The notes under the pieces were generated by a model. That model was not told where the DNA came from, ran no database searches, and saw nothing but the letters and a program-made list of their open reading frames with translations. DNA of 62,661 bases, the filler included, from Sphacelaria rigidula (Eukaryota), in the NCBI GenBank assembly GCA_964200075.2. It is 7 parts of 7 records of this genome, joined end to end, with 100 filler letters (N's around TTAATTAATTAA, not from the genome) between each part and the next. Parts side by side here need not be neighbours in the genome. Positions count along the whole stretch, not along the records: positions 1 to 8,867 come from CAXNAA020009895.1; positions 8,968 to 17,834 come from CAXNAA020009896.1; 5 more parts are not named here. The stretch is one strand, 5' to 3'. Position 1 is the first letter of the stretch. Every line of letters begins with the position of its first letter. The translations under genes and the position numbers were made by a program. Positions 1 through 11,501 of this stretch are shown piece after piece.

Positions 1-69
1 AAAAATCAATAAAAAAAAAATTATAATTATTATTTATTTTATTTTTGTGTTTATTAATTATTGTGTTTT

Positions 70-104
<35 letters not shown>

Positions 105-140
105 GGGTGGTAGACAGCACATCGTCCCACCGCCCATCAC

Positions 141-1381
141 TAGGCTTTAGTTCCGTATGCGCGTTTTTTTCTTGAAATTAAGCTCCGTATATTTTTATTT
201 TTATAAGCTTTTTCTTTGTTTTTAAGCCCCGTTTGAACCCTTTTTAGCGCCGATTTATGCGCCTTATTCCCGTCCTTGTTGTGGCGTTGTGGCAGTATCC
301 CCTCACGAGGCGTGCCTTGTAGCATGAGGACAAGACGACAAGCTGGGCATTCGAAGTTTTGTTGATTATTCATGATAGAAAAATGAAACGTTTCTTCAAT
401 TATTGAGTTTGGAGACCACAACCTGCATATCTACAACCTAACCCACGTGCGGGAACAACAAACGCCACTACACTTACAATACTTGATACAGCAGTACGGC
501 ATTGTCGCCTCTAGACACAGGGCATTGCAACCTTTGGCCTCTCGCCCGGCAAGCTACAGACTTCAAGCTACCACCACCCCCCCGCATCATCTACCGTCAG
601 TCGAAGTTGAAAATCTTGTCGAACTACCGGTATCGATTGTACTTCATCATAATGACTGCAGATTCGATCCGGTCACCTAACGCCTTCTCCTGCCGGGAGG
701 TCAAGCACCCCCTCGAAATCGAAAACACTCGCTCCACAGACGCGGACGATGGCTAGATAAGTACGATATCTATCGCCACGAGATACCAACTGGGGAACCT
801 GTTCTTGTTGTCATCTCAAAACGGCAGCAAAATGTACTCCGAGTGCGCGCCTGAGGCCGCGACCAAAAAGTCGTTCTTCTCGGACAGTAGGCCCGCCGTG
901 ACCTCGTGGGTTACAAACGCTGTCATCACTAGATATCGCTTCTCTCTGTTGGTGCTGCCGTTACTACTGCTGGCTGCTGTCTGCTCTACAAAGCACAAGT
1001 GTATTCTTTATTTTGTATCTAGTAACATTTTCGAAAGCAACATAGTACCGTGTGTATTAAATATAAAGTAGAGCAGTCTGCTCATCAGACCCGCAACAAA
1101 AAAGGAACACGAAACATGACCATGGAAATATAAAGTATTGAGTGTTTGAGCCTGAAGCCTGTCGGCCTGTCTGGTGACGACTTACGCCACATGGAGCACT
1201 TGCGAGCAAAATAAATCGCAAGTTTATGCGCATTTTATGCGCGTTTATGCGCGTTTTAAGCAAGTTAAGCTCGTTTCAAGCGTATTAAGTCGATTATAAG
1301 CTTTGCGCTAAACAAGCCTATTTAGGCTAAAAAAACCGAAATGAAGCTAAACTTTATGCGCGCATACGGAACTAAAGCCTA
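141..1381. mobile_element. Non-autonomous hAT DNA transposon
   Basis: Perfect 23-bp TIR TAGGCTTTAGTTCCGTATGCGCG (141-163 / 1359-1381) and exact 8-bp TSD CCCATCAC (133-140 / 1382-1389); contains a hAT transposase relic. Confidence 0.92.
624..930 (-). pseudogene. hAT transposase C-terminal dimerisation domain relic
   Basis: Minus-strand translation LPF*DDNKNRFPSWYLVAIDIVLI*PSSASVERVFSISRGCL matches the hATC W...FP..LA...L.IP.SSA..ER.FS motif; two internal stops. Confidence 0.85.
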
Positions 1382-2053
1382 CCCATCACCCCACTGCCCA
1401 CCACCCCACCCACCACCCACCACACTCCACTCACCACACACACCACACACCACACAGCCACTTGCTGCGAACCACACCGATCTGCAATATGAGCCGCCTT
1501 CAGAATTTCGGCTTTGTAAAGGGCGGTAGCGCAGAGTCTGCGGTCGACGTTTCTGCCGAACCGTTTGTATCTGTGTTTGCACGTTGCAGTTGATGATTTA
1601 GCGATATCTCGTGTGCAGAATTCAGAAAGAGAGCGAAAGAGTACCGCGGATGCCTTGTGAATGTTCCAAGTCGGCGGGAGTGTTTCGCGTGTGAGGGTAG
1701 ACAGTCATCTCTTCTCATCATATCCAGTTTTTTCTTCAAGCTTTGGAATTCTATTTCTTTCGCGTTTAGGGATCTGGAGAGTATACTTCGTTGTGTAGCC
1801 GACAATAAAAAAAAATGGTCCTGCTGCCGACTTATCCCTTGTTTGGTATGGAGAAAAGCAAAATCGAGCACGCATTTGTATTCATCTTTTTTCGCCCAGT
1901 TTCGACGTTTGGCGCGGTTATTGAATAATGAGTGTGTTCGCAGTTCGCAGCGCGCAAAGCCGAGGTAAATGCTCCAATTCGATAGAAACATGACGGAATA
2001 GTGGCCGCGGAATATACTTTGGTATATCACCGACTTGAATAACACACTATTCA

Positions 2054-2415
2054 TCGTGCATCACACCTCGAGTTGTGATCAACTACCTCTTTTGCGACTT
2101 GCCCCTTGCACGATGAACCATTTTTGTCAAACCCGAGCATCACGCCGCGTGATGTGCCGCCCCTTCGGTTTGAGTGCAAGCCTGGTCAGGCGAGAACCCG
2201 GCGTGCTCCGTCCCGGCTTTGTAGGATTGCGAGGTCAATGGTCTTGTGACTATGGCATGCATGATCATGAGTACACCCCCTTCTATGATGTCAGATAGCA
2301 AATAACAAATCACACACTGGTGCTGCTGTACTTTCATACAATCAGACGTGCACTCCGGGGCTAGGTTGCGAGTGTCAGTGTAGTACCGTGAGGTCTTGCA
2401 AGCTGTGACCCCCAC
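2054..2415 (+). repeat. Dispersed repeat; inverted copy at about 8547-8794
   Basis: ATCGTGCATCACACCTCGAGTTGTGATC...GTGAGGTCTTGCAAGCTGTG matches the reverse complement of 8547-8794; this copy carries an extra insert at 2167-2276. Confidence 0.8.
2167..2276 (+). mobile_element. 5'-truncated non-LTR retroelement (family A) with TSD
   Basis: Ends ...CATGATCATGAGTACA; TSD CCCCTTC (2160-2166 / 2277-2283); the empty site is visible in the paralogous repeat near 8680-8700. Confidence 0.85.
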
Positions 2416-3635
2416 GAGGCCCAACATGCTTCTTGTAGTAGCTTGCCACTGAGGCCCTTGAAATTCCTGAGTAGGATATCGACGTGTAGCTGTAAGCACA
2501 CGCCAGTGATAGAGACAAAAAAAAAGTACACACGGGATGAAAAATAATTTTCACGCCACCCGCTAGCTATCTCCCACCCCCAACTCGTTACGAGAAGCAC
2601 GTGCCGGTCCTGATCCGATATTCTCTACCGTTATTGCGTTAACTATTTTGCAATAACACTGCCAAGAATGAAGGTGCCTGGGTGTCGCTCATCGCGTCAA
2701 AACTTCACCTCAGTAAGATAAGTCTGACATACGTCGTGTTCCCGTTGTGTAGGCAGTAGGCACGCGTCAAAGATATCGCGCACTGTATGTTGTGTGTGTG
2801 TTGTCGTCCCATCTATTCTGGACGCCGTCCTACACCTTGAGGGCCGTTTCGGAACTGAAACGATTCATTCACTCATTGACCGCTTTTCACCCTAAAGCGT
2901 ATCCCCTACTCTTGATCTCATGAAAACATCGTTATTAGCCATGGAAAAGGCCTTCATTCTTGAACATCGCTAGTACAATGCGTGGATAACTACAACAACC
3001 TTTCTCATTTCAATCTTCATTTGATTTGTGCATCCGGCTCGTGATACGTGACCCAAGGCTCCACTGCTCCTTTCAGGCATGAGCAGCATGCAGGTGGGGA
3101 GATTTGAGGAGTGTCCATCGCTCGTTTTCCTCGAAATCCGTCTGCAAATCTGATATACGGATGTCCGGATATCCGCCACTTGCTTCAATCCGCGGATTGA
3201 TCCGGATAAGACTGCCCGAAATCCGAAATCCGCTCCGTTTGATAAATTCAAACGGAGCACAACCTTAGAAAAAGTGTCTACATACGAGATGTACCCTGCT
3301 GTGGAAATACAGTATGAAATATGGCCGACCCAGCTAGGGTGCGCAGGGTTCAGGTTGACTGCAGCTCTTTCGCATATGGTCGTATGAGATGAGAACATAT
3401 GTTTCTCTCGCTTTTCTCGAGACACGGGAACAATGCATGTCCCACGCAGGTTTCCCATGAAGAATCTCGAGCGAAAATGGTGCATCTGGCCTGTTTTTTG
3501 TTCTATTTTACATCTGCATGTCCGGTCCGAAGTGGTACCTTTTCAGGGGAAAATCTCGAAGGTGTCCCTTTTCAAGACAAGCACCCTACAGTACAGATTG
3601 GTTGCCGTAGGCGTGCCTTGTTAGGGCGTGTCGTA

Positions 3636-4128
3636 GGTGGGATGTTATGGCAAATAGGTTTTTGACCCACGGATTGTTTATTTTTTGGACATTCGACCCA
3701 CCTTTTGACTCCCAAACCAAAAAAAGAGCCAACACACGTCTCGGACACTTTGCATCACCCCACAGAGAGGGGCCTAGTCTGCTTTTCAGATTCGCTTGGC
3801 TCAAAGGTTTCGAGATTGGCCGCTGAACAAGAATTCGTGCGCAAAAATCTATACTTGCCGACCCACCGTCAGTTTGGAGGTGGGGCAAAACTGACGGTGG
3901 GTCGGCAAGTATAGATTTTTGCGCACGAATTCTTGTTCAGCGGCTAATCTCGAAACCTCGAAGCCAAGCGAATCTGAAAAGCAGACTAGGCTCCTCTCTG
4001 TGAGGTGATGCAAAGTGTCCGAGACGTGTGTTGGCTCTTTTTTTGGTTTGGGAGTCAAAAGGTGGGTCGAACGTCCCAAAAGTGAACAATCCGTCGGCCA
4101 AAAATCTGTGTGTCATAACATCCGGCCT
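3636..4128. mobile_element. Foldback MITE (about 240-bp inverted arms), possibly PIF/Harbinger-like
   Basis: About 3640-3878 is the near reverse complement of about 3887-4125; terminus AGGCCGGATGTTATG recurs at about 44601-44731. Confidence 0.75.
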
Positions 4129-4934
4129 TGGCACTTTTTTTTTCGATCGAAAAAGTGCGGTCGATTTTTTTTTCTCATCTGATGGGTCCACCGCACTTAT
4201 GTTCCTTGAAGGCTTCAACACAAAATTATAATTAGCGGCGGGCGGAGAAGAATGCAACGAGATGAAAAAACAATCGTTTTCGATCGAAAACATGCGACCG
4301 AATGGCACGAAGCGGCACTTGACTCCTATCTTACAGACCACCCCGCCAAATTACACCTGTTCACAGGACCGTGCAAACTCCGTCCAACTCATTCTCAGCT
4401 ACTACCGCAACCTTGACCGCAACCCTGCAGCATAGAGCACGAGTTGAGCACAGGGATAGATACACTGCAGTAGTCGGGTGTGCTTGTCTATTTTTTGTTT
4501 GAAAAACCTTGCGCATCTTCTCTCATGGTAAATATCAGCGACGGAACTGCGTGGTACGGTGGGCAACCCAGTTGCGTACACGCTCACGGACAGTGCAGGC
4601 AATACAAAGCTGCACGTTCTTGAAGTCATCTTTACGTCGCATTGTAAGTAGAGAGAACTGATCGTCCTGAGCTGTCTGCGCTGCCCCTTCTCTTTCATAT
4701 CATCCTGTACGAAACATCCACACACGCACTCAGGACACTCTGCTTGCAAGCAGTGCAGACAGTACAGACTATCTGTGCTGTACACGAGTGACCATGTACC
4801 GTTTTACGAATTTCACTGCCTTCTTTCGATCGAACACTTGAAAATCCATCTGAACCCAACTGCATCAAAACGAGAAGTTTTTGCTCAAATCGATTCCACC
4901 GACCCATTTTTTCGATCGAAGAGAAAAGTGCTAA

Positions 4935-5409
4935 GGCCAACTCTAATGGGAGCCGATCAAAATTCCTGTCGAAAATTGCCTTTGGAGCCTTTCTCCGTCG
5001 ATTTACGCCGGAAAAGAGGGCTACGCGGATGTTGACGCCTTGGAATGACTTGCTCTACTCGTTGAGACCCTGCTAGGGCAACTTTGCATTTTCCGCTGGC
5101 CGCACTTTTGTTCATGGCCACATCAGGCCAAACACGGAATTACAGTAAAAAAACGGTGAAGTGATCAATATTTTCCCCTGTTTTTTCATCGCTTGACCGT
5201 TTTTCATTGAAAATCCGTGTTTGGGCAAAACTAAAAGTGCAACCAGCGGGAAGTGCAAAGTTGCCCTGGAACGGCCTCAATGAGTAGAGCAAAAGCCATT
5301 CCACAGCGTCAACATCCGCCTCGCCCTCTTTTCAGGCGTACAACGACGGAGAAGGGCCAAAAAGGCAGTTTTGAACAGGAATTTTGAACGGCTCCCATTA
5401 GAGTCGGTC
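4935..5409. mobile_element. PIF/Harbinger (Tourist-like) MITE
   Basis: TIR GGCCAACTCTAATGGGAGCCG / CGGCTCCCATTAGAGTCGGTC with TAA TSD (4932-4934 / 5410-5412); internally foldback. Confidence 0.8.
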
Positions 5410-5621
5410 TAAGACAGGCCCTTGCCCACTGATATCTCTGGAAAAGTCTCTGAGAAAACTCGTCCAAAATGACTTTTCTCAGAGGCTTTTTTCAGTCCAC
5501 AAGAAGCGGCGGTAGCACGTTCGTTTCCGATCGAAAAAATGGTGCGGTGGAATCGATTTAAGCGGAATTCGATCATTTTTCTCGAGTTGAGACCGACTCT
5601 AATGGGAGCCGTTCAAAATTG

Positions 5622-7128
5622 CACACGTCGGACGAGTCATTACTCGTAGAAACGAGTGCACCCGTGGATGTCTTTTGAAAACACAACGAGCATAACTCGT
5701 GTGCTCGAGTCATTACTTTTTTTTACAACGAGCAATGATTCGTGTGCTCGAGCCATTACTTTCTTTTACAACGAGCAATGACTCGAGTGCTCGCCCCATC
5801 ATTTTTTTCAACAACGAGCAATGACTCGAGTGCTCGTCTATTAACCCTTTTGGGACCGATCCCCCACTAACACGGGGTTGACCATGTGTCAGTGAAAAAA
5901 CAAAAAAACAAGTCAGGGAGCGACCTGCCCAATCACGGCGAGGCGAAATTTATCGGACAGACCCGAACGACCAGCGCGTGGACTGTTGCCGACTGTGATG
6001 CCACAAAGATCGTGTGGGGGCCTGATCCCTGGCCCAGGTAAGCCTTACCAGGTTTCCAACGCCAGATTGCTCGGAGCATGGCTCATCGTATTACTTGCAT
6101 TAAGTACAGCATTCCCGGCATTTTCCGGGAGTTTTTGTGGGTCGCCAGCCTATACTAAAACGCAGTACTTACACTAAAGGAGGGTGGAGTGAGTGGGGAA
6201 AACCGGGCAGGAGTGCACATGCCACAATGTGGTCGTTTTCACGAGGCACGAAGCCCAGGTGGGCCGCGTAAAGACAAAAGGAGCTACCGTCATGAATTCT
6301 GCTTATCCTTCTGCCGATGACTTGTAGCACGGTGTGGACATGTATGTAGTGGGCAAGGATGAACAAGCTGTGCATAGGCAGCTGGTCTCCGTCGCTGAGA
6401 ACTACCCATAATGTGCAAGGGAGTATGCAGGGGCAGCTTCTGCTACCGTCGGAGAGGCGTACTGTACTATGCTGTACTGTTATGCATGTGCGCCGCATCG
6501 TCCATACCCTTCGAAGAGAATTTGTCGCATGCAACAAAGAAGGAAATAGCGACCCACCCCGACCACAAAGGGCTGTGTGACAAGGTGATGGGGACAATAA
6601 TATCATCCGGAGTCACAAGTGGCGGGCGGCCCGCCGGTCGCCGCATCCTGTTGAAAGCTCTCTACGGCGGCAGATACTACTTGCTCAATCAGATGTACAT
6701 TACAGTGCCTAATGCGCACCCTGAACCTGAAAATAAATTGGATGAAACTTTCGGCCTTCCTCATAACCCTGCGGTTACATACGCAGATTTTCAGCAACAT
6801 ACCACTGTTTCGTGCAGACGCCAGACACGCCATTGCTAACCAGCCTCATTGGTCGTTCTGGAGGCCCGGTCACAAAGGGGTTAATTTTCTCCACAACGAG
6901 CTATGACTCGAGTGCTCGCCCTCGTATTTTTTTTCAGAACGAGTAATGACTCGAGTCCTCGCCCTATTAGTTTGTTTCCGCAACGAGCTATGACTCGAGT
7001 GCTCGCCCTAGCATTTTTTCCTCAGAACGAGTAATGACTCGAGTGCTCGCCCTACTAATTTTGACGACCATCGAGCAGCCCAACGAGTGCGAGTGCCACG
7101 AGTCACACTCGTGCTCGTCCGACGTGTG
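5622..7128. mobile_element. MITE with CACACGTCGGACGAG TIR, 8-bp TSD and roughly 40-bp subterminal ACGAGCAATGACTCGAGTGCTCG repeats
   Basis: TIRs at 5622-5636 / 7114-7128; TSD CAAAATTG/CAAAATTC; second copy at 28536-28860. Confidence 0.8.
5845..6880. mobile_element. Non-autonomous piggyBac element
   Basis: TTAA-CCCTTTTGGGACCG ... CGGTCACAAAGGGG-TTAA; TTAA TSD and CCC termini; no intact transposase. Confidence 0.85.
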
Positions 7129-7344
7129 CAAAATTCCTGTTTCAAACTGCCTTTTTCCTTCTCCGTCGTTTTACGCCGGAATAGGGGGTTAGGCGGATGT
7201 TGAAGCCTTGGAATGACTATTGCTCTACTCGTTGAGACCGTTCCAGGGCAACTTTGCATTTCCCGCTGGCCGCACTTTCATTTTTGGCCAAACACGGATT
7301 TCAATGAAAAACGGTCAAGCGATAAAAAGTCAGGGGGAAAATTT

Positions 7345-7788
7345 CACGGAGGGATACATGACACGTGACGTTTTGACGTGACACATTCGAAAACACGTAA
7401 CTTTGGGCCATTTAACGCTACGCAAGATTTGATTTTTTGGATGGGATATATGTAAGGTAACGTGATGTAACGTGTGGTCCTTCGCATGAACCCTAACATT
7501 GCGGTTTACTTTCCAAATGTGACGAAAACTCTGCTTGCTTTCGTGAATATGTCACGTGTCACGTGTCACGTGTCACGTGTCACGTGTCACGTTAAAAGTT
7601 CACAAAAACAGCCTTTTTTTACATCTGGAAAACACCAAGAGACACCGCTCAAAGGTCCACATGTTACATCACGTTACGTTGCATTTGTCCCGTCCAAAAA
7701 CTCAAAACTTAGGTGGCGTTAAATGGCCCAAAGTTACGTTGTTTCCCGTTTTTTTCACTGTGTCACGTGTGACACGTATCCCTCCCTG
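7345..7788. mobile_element. hAT-type MITE with CACGTG-rich subterminal repeats
   Basis: TIR CACGGAGGGATAC / GTATCCCTCCCTG; 8-bp TSD GAAAATTT/GAAAGTTT; (GTCACGT)n at about 7551-7592. Confidence 0.75.
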
Positions 7789-7816
7789 GAAAGTTTGATC
7801 ACCTCACCGTTTTTAC

Positions 7817-8071
7817 CACGGTTAGGACAAATCATCACGACTCCAATCACCGAATTCACGATTTCTTCGGTCTGATTGGCCAAAAGGGAGAAAGAAGTTG
7901 ATTGCTGGTCCAAGGGGTATCAACGCAACTTTTGCGCCATTCCACGGGTCTGGGCTGTGTGTACCTGGGTTGCAACGCTGACATAAAGCCTAGGGATTGA
8001 TTCGTCACGAGTCGACTCATGATACTGAAACCAAGTGATTTCCAGACGAATCATTATTTGTCCGACCCTTG
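7817..8071. mobile_element. MITE with 8-bp TSD
   Basis: TIR CACGGTTAGGACAAAT / ATTTGTCCGACCCTTG; exact TSD GTTTTTAC (7809-7816 / 8072-8079); same right end recurs at about 8980-9021 and 53797-53865. Confidence 0.8.
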
Positions 8072-8867
8072 GTTTTTACTGAAAATCCGTGTTTGGCCTG
8101 ATGTGGCCATAAAAAAAAGTGCGGCCAGGGGGAAATGCAAAGTTGCCCTAAAACGGTCTCAACGAGTAGAGCAAGTCCTTTCAAGGCGCTAACATCCGCG
8201 TAGCTCTCTTTTCAGGCGTAAATCGCAGGAGAAGGGCCCAAAAAGGCAGTTTCCGACGGGAATTTTGAACGGCTCTCATTTCATTAAAGTTGGCCTAAGG
8301 GCGTGTCTTTCCGAGCGAATTTTCAAGCTTTCGATCGAAAGAAGACAGTGAAATTCGTGAAACGGTACATGGTCACTCGTGTACAGCAGTGTTGAATATC
8401 GATCAGAAAAAAATCTTTGACACGACATTTTCAACGTACCGACCTCAACACGTCGATGTCGATATATTTTTCGATACGCGGAAAATGGCCCGATACGTAT
8501 CGATACTCGACACTGATACTCGATACGATATGATACGGCTGTTTTGGTGGGGACACAGCTTGCAAGACCTCACGGCACTGCAATGACACTAGCAACCCGA
8601 CCCGGAGTGGGTGCACGTCTGATTGTATGAAGGTACAGCAGCACCAGTGTGTGATTTGTGATTTGATATCTGACATCATAGAAGTGGCGGCACAACACGC
8701 GGCGTGATGCTTCGGTTTGACAAAAATGGTTCATTGTGCAAGGGGCAAGTCGCGAAAGAGGTGGTGGATCACAACTCGAGGTGTGATGCACGATAGAGCA
8801 ATGCTACGGTAGGGGTGCACTTCTTTTGCGAAATTTTGTCTGGTTCAGGGGCTCCTAACGATTCTAG

Positions 8868-8967
8868 NNNNNNNNNNNNNNNNNNNNNNNNNNNNNNNNN
8901 NNNNNNNNNNNTTAATTAATTAANNNNNNNNNNNNNNNNNNNNNNNNNNNNNNNNNNNNNNNNNNNN
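8868..8967. other. Artificial contig linker
   Basis: 44 N + TTAATTAATTAA (stops in all six frames) + 44 N. Confidence 0.98.
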
Positions 8968-9374
8968 AATTACACTATAACCAAGTAATTTCCAGACGAA
9001 TCATTATTTGTCCGACCCTTGGAACTTTCTGCGCTACCAACGTCCTCGCGTTTCCAACGACAGACGCCAAATTCTGCTCAAAAAGACCGTATATGCCGGG
9101 ATTCCAACCCTTAACCTTGCGCCCCACCTGACTATTGGGGTACCATCTGAATTTATACCACCGGGGCGAAGCTGCCAGTGCCATCATATCTTGTGTGGCG
9201 ACACGCCGTGGTACGACATTCCCACAGGTGGAAAACGCAAGGTGCGGTACAGTCACGGTTCAGAGCTTCAGGCACCCCAAGGTACTCGGTACGGCAGGTA
9301 CCCCAGAAATGCAGGGTACTTGTAGGGTACCCTACTGCCCTAGCCACATTTGGATATCTTGAACGCATGCTCAC

Positions 9375-9465
9375 CTGCGCCATCCATTCCCAGCCGAGGC
9401 ATGTACCCCACACGGGGAAGAAATCTCCGTCCTCGTTGAGTTTCTTGGCGTACTCTATGGCCCAT
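9375..9465 (-). CDS. GGH: Gamma-glutamyl hydrolase exon (catalytic Cys motif)
   Basis: WAIEYAKKLNEDGDFFPVWGTCLGWEWMAQ, the peptidase C26 FPVWGTCLG nucleophile motif; bounded by AG and GTGAG; phase matches the upstream exon. Confidence 0.9.
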
Positions 9466-10569
9466 CTGTTGTCAGGTACAAGGGCATAGACAAAGCCCCA
9501 TGCAATGATTAGAAGATCGGAAACCACGCACGCATCTCTTGTACGTCGAGTTTTTTCTTTTTGTCGCACCCGTGACCCCTTTACAGGGCAAGTTTGGGTA
9601 GGTACGAGAGGAATGATGAAAGCCAGTGTTCAGATCACGGTCTCGTGGGGGACGGGGTTAATATCGTCATGGTGGTGTACGTCTCGTGCCACAAAAGGCT
9701 GCCATGCGTCTATCTAATGAAAATACATCGAACTGATTCCCTGCATTTTTCTGTGAAACAAGGACTGACTCCTTTTTTTTGCCCAACAGTGTCAGCATTG
9801 CAGTAGTAACATTCAACACCTCTCCTCCACAGGACGCATCCGTAAATCTCAAGGGGTCAACTCCCCTCTCGAACGATACTCTTCGATTTGCACTCTATTA
9901 CCGAGCATTGAGTCAACAAGCAATACTGCAGCCCATCCACTTCCATAAGGTGAGTTTGTTCGTGTCTAGTTTTTTCGTCAAACTTGCAGTTCCTCCCCTT
10001 CTTTGTATCTTCACGTGTTTAAGCACGAAGTCCAGATTTTGCTAATAAAACACCGTACAGCACCTGTCGGGATGTTAACCCTCAAGTCTACCCTGGCCGC
10101 TTTCAAAACGTGCAATCTAGCCCACGGTGGGCGGCTGAAATGGCTGGAGCATTTCCTCGGTCAGCGAGCACCACTCTCAATGACAACAGCATCCCGTGTA
10201 TTTCGCGATTTTCTCAATACCTAACCAACATACACTGTCCAACCACTGTTTTTCCTGCCAACAATAGCCAACGTGGTGTCCAGATGACAAGGTTTTCCCG
10301 TCCACTGTTTCATTTTTTCTCTTCACACTTTCTAATCCCTGCCCTTCCTCGGGACTAATCCTTGGCTTTCAAGGGATCAACCCATCTCTCTCGGGCATAT
10401 GCCTTTGCATTTTTGGTCTCCCAGGTTGGACCAGCACTACTTCCGCACCGCGTCGGCTCTCGCCCAAACGAACCCAGTCAAACAAACTCTTGTCTTGTTT
10501 GCTACTCACACCGTCACTCTTTCATCGGCGAAAATCAGATACCTTGCAATGAAAAAAAACACACAATCG

Positions 10570-10650
10570 CATCTGACGGGGGATCGAACCCGCCCTCTTC
10601 CCACCCTAACGGCGTCGCTTGTTCCATTTTAATTTACACCACCGGGGCAC
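10570..10650 (-). mobile_element. tRNA-derived SINE head or tRNA-like relic
   Basis: Minus strand GCCCCGGTGGTGTAA...GGGTTCGATCCCCCGTCAGATGC with A-box-like and B-box motifs; no clean cloverleaf. Confidence 0.5.
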
Positions 10651-10687
10651 GGCGGAAATGGAGACGTGAGTTTTCCCAAAGCATCAC

Positions 10688-10819
10688 CTGGCACTGGAAG
10701 TGATTGGCGGGTTTCCTCCTGGTAGCAACAGACCGTTGACGTTGTCCATGACGTACTTCATGACGGCGGGCGAGGCAGTATACGAAATGGGCAAGGATCT
10801 ACCCCCGGCGCTCTGCAGC
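10688..10819 (-). CDS. GGH: Gamma-glutamyl hydrolase exon
   Basis: LQSAGGRSLPISYTASPAVMKYVMDNVNGLLLPGGNPPITSSAR matches the GGH SAGAR.VPI...NG.L.PGG motif; AG/GT boundaries, phase 2 at both ends. Confidence 0.88.
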
Positions 10820-11039
10820 CTGAAGACAAACGTTCAAGGTAGAAACAAAGGAGAAAAACAAAATACTTTTTTTATTCACCACAGTGTAGCTGTAGATTAG
10901 AGGATACAACCAAAACAAATAAAAACAAAACGCAGCACAAAATAAAACAGCGCACGCACGACCACGTGCCATTACGTTTCGTTGAAGGAGATCGCGCCAA
11001 GATCTAAAACATGCGCGAGAGAGTAAACATACGCAGAGC

Positions 11040-11119
11040 TAGGCCTTTGCCCCGCAGGTTCTTTTAGGCCAAAAATCGACATGTTTTTGGCCCAACAGAG
11101 CCTGCGGGGCAAAGGCCCA
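11040..11119. mobile_element. 80-bp minimal hAT-type MITE (hairpin)
   Basis: TAGGCCTTTGCCCCGCAGG...CCTGCGGGGCAAAGGCCCA; 8-bp TSD CGCAGAGC/CGCAAAGC. Confidence 0.7.
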
Positions 11120-11501
11120 CGCAAAGCGGTTCATCCTTTCATGGCAGCGGGGAGCATCGAAAAGGGAGCCTCGACCATCGATAAAAAAAAACACCGGCAA
11201 AACCCCTAGAATGAAATCAGTTTTTGTTACCGTTTTCTTCCCTACAACTCGCAGCAAAACATGGGCAACGTGCACCGACGGAATGTGGCTCACCCGATCG
11301 CATGAGGTCCTGCCATCGGGTTTTCACAACAAAGATGGCACCCCCGTCCCGTACGCAACGTTTGAAATCTTTCGACATGTCTCTCGGGGTTGGTATTCAA
11401 CCACAGTTATATTTTTAAAAGGAGTCCTGTGTCCGATTTTGCGTGTTCCTGATTGGCTACAAGTCCTGGATACTTTTTCTGAGGAGCGACGGGGGGAGGA
11501 G

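Larger units (their letters stand above)
5591..8295. mobile_element. Second copy of the Harbinger MITE, split by three insertions
   Basis: Starts GACCGACTCTAATGGGAGCCG, resumes at 7129-7344, 7789-7816 and 8072-8295, ends ...AGTTGGCC-TAA; collinear with 4935-5409. Confidence 0.78.
4783..8381. mobile_element. Tc1/mariner-type MITE, outermost host of a nested stack
   Basis: TIR CACGAGTGACCATGTACCG... (4783-) / ...CGGTACATGGTCACTCGTG (-8381), flanked by TA on both sides. Confidence 0.8.

Noticed and set aside
5690-7060. Regularly spaced ACGAGCAATGACTCGAGTGCTCG repeats as a CRISPR or iteron array
   Set aside because: The intervening sequences are short, T-rich and similar to each other; these are subterminal repeats of a MITE
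8912-8923. TTAATTAATTAA motif recurring six times
   Set aside because: Synthetic six-frame stop linker
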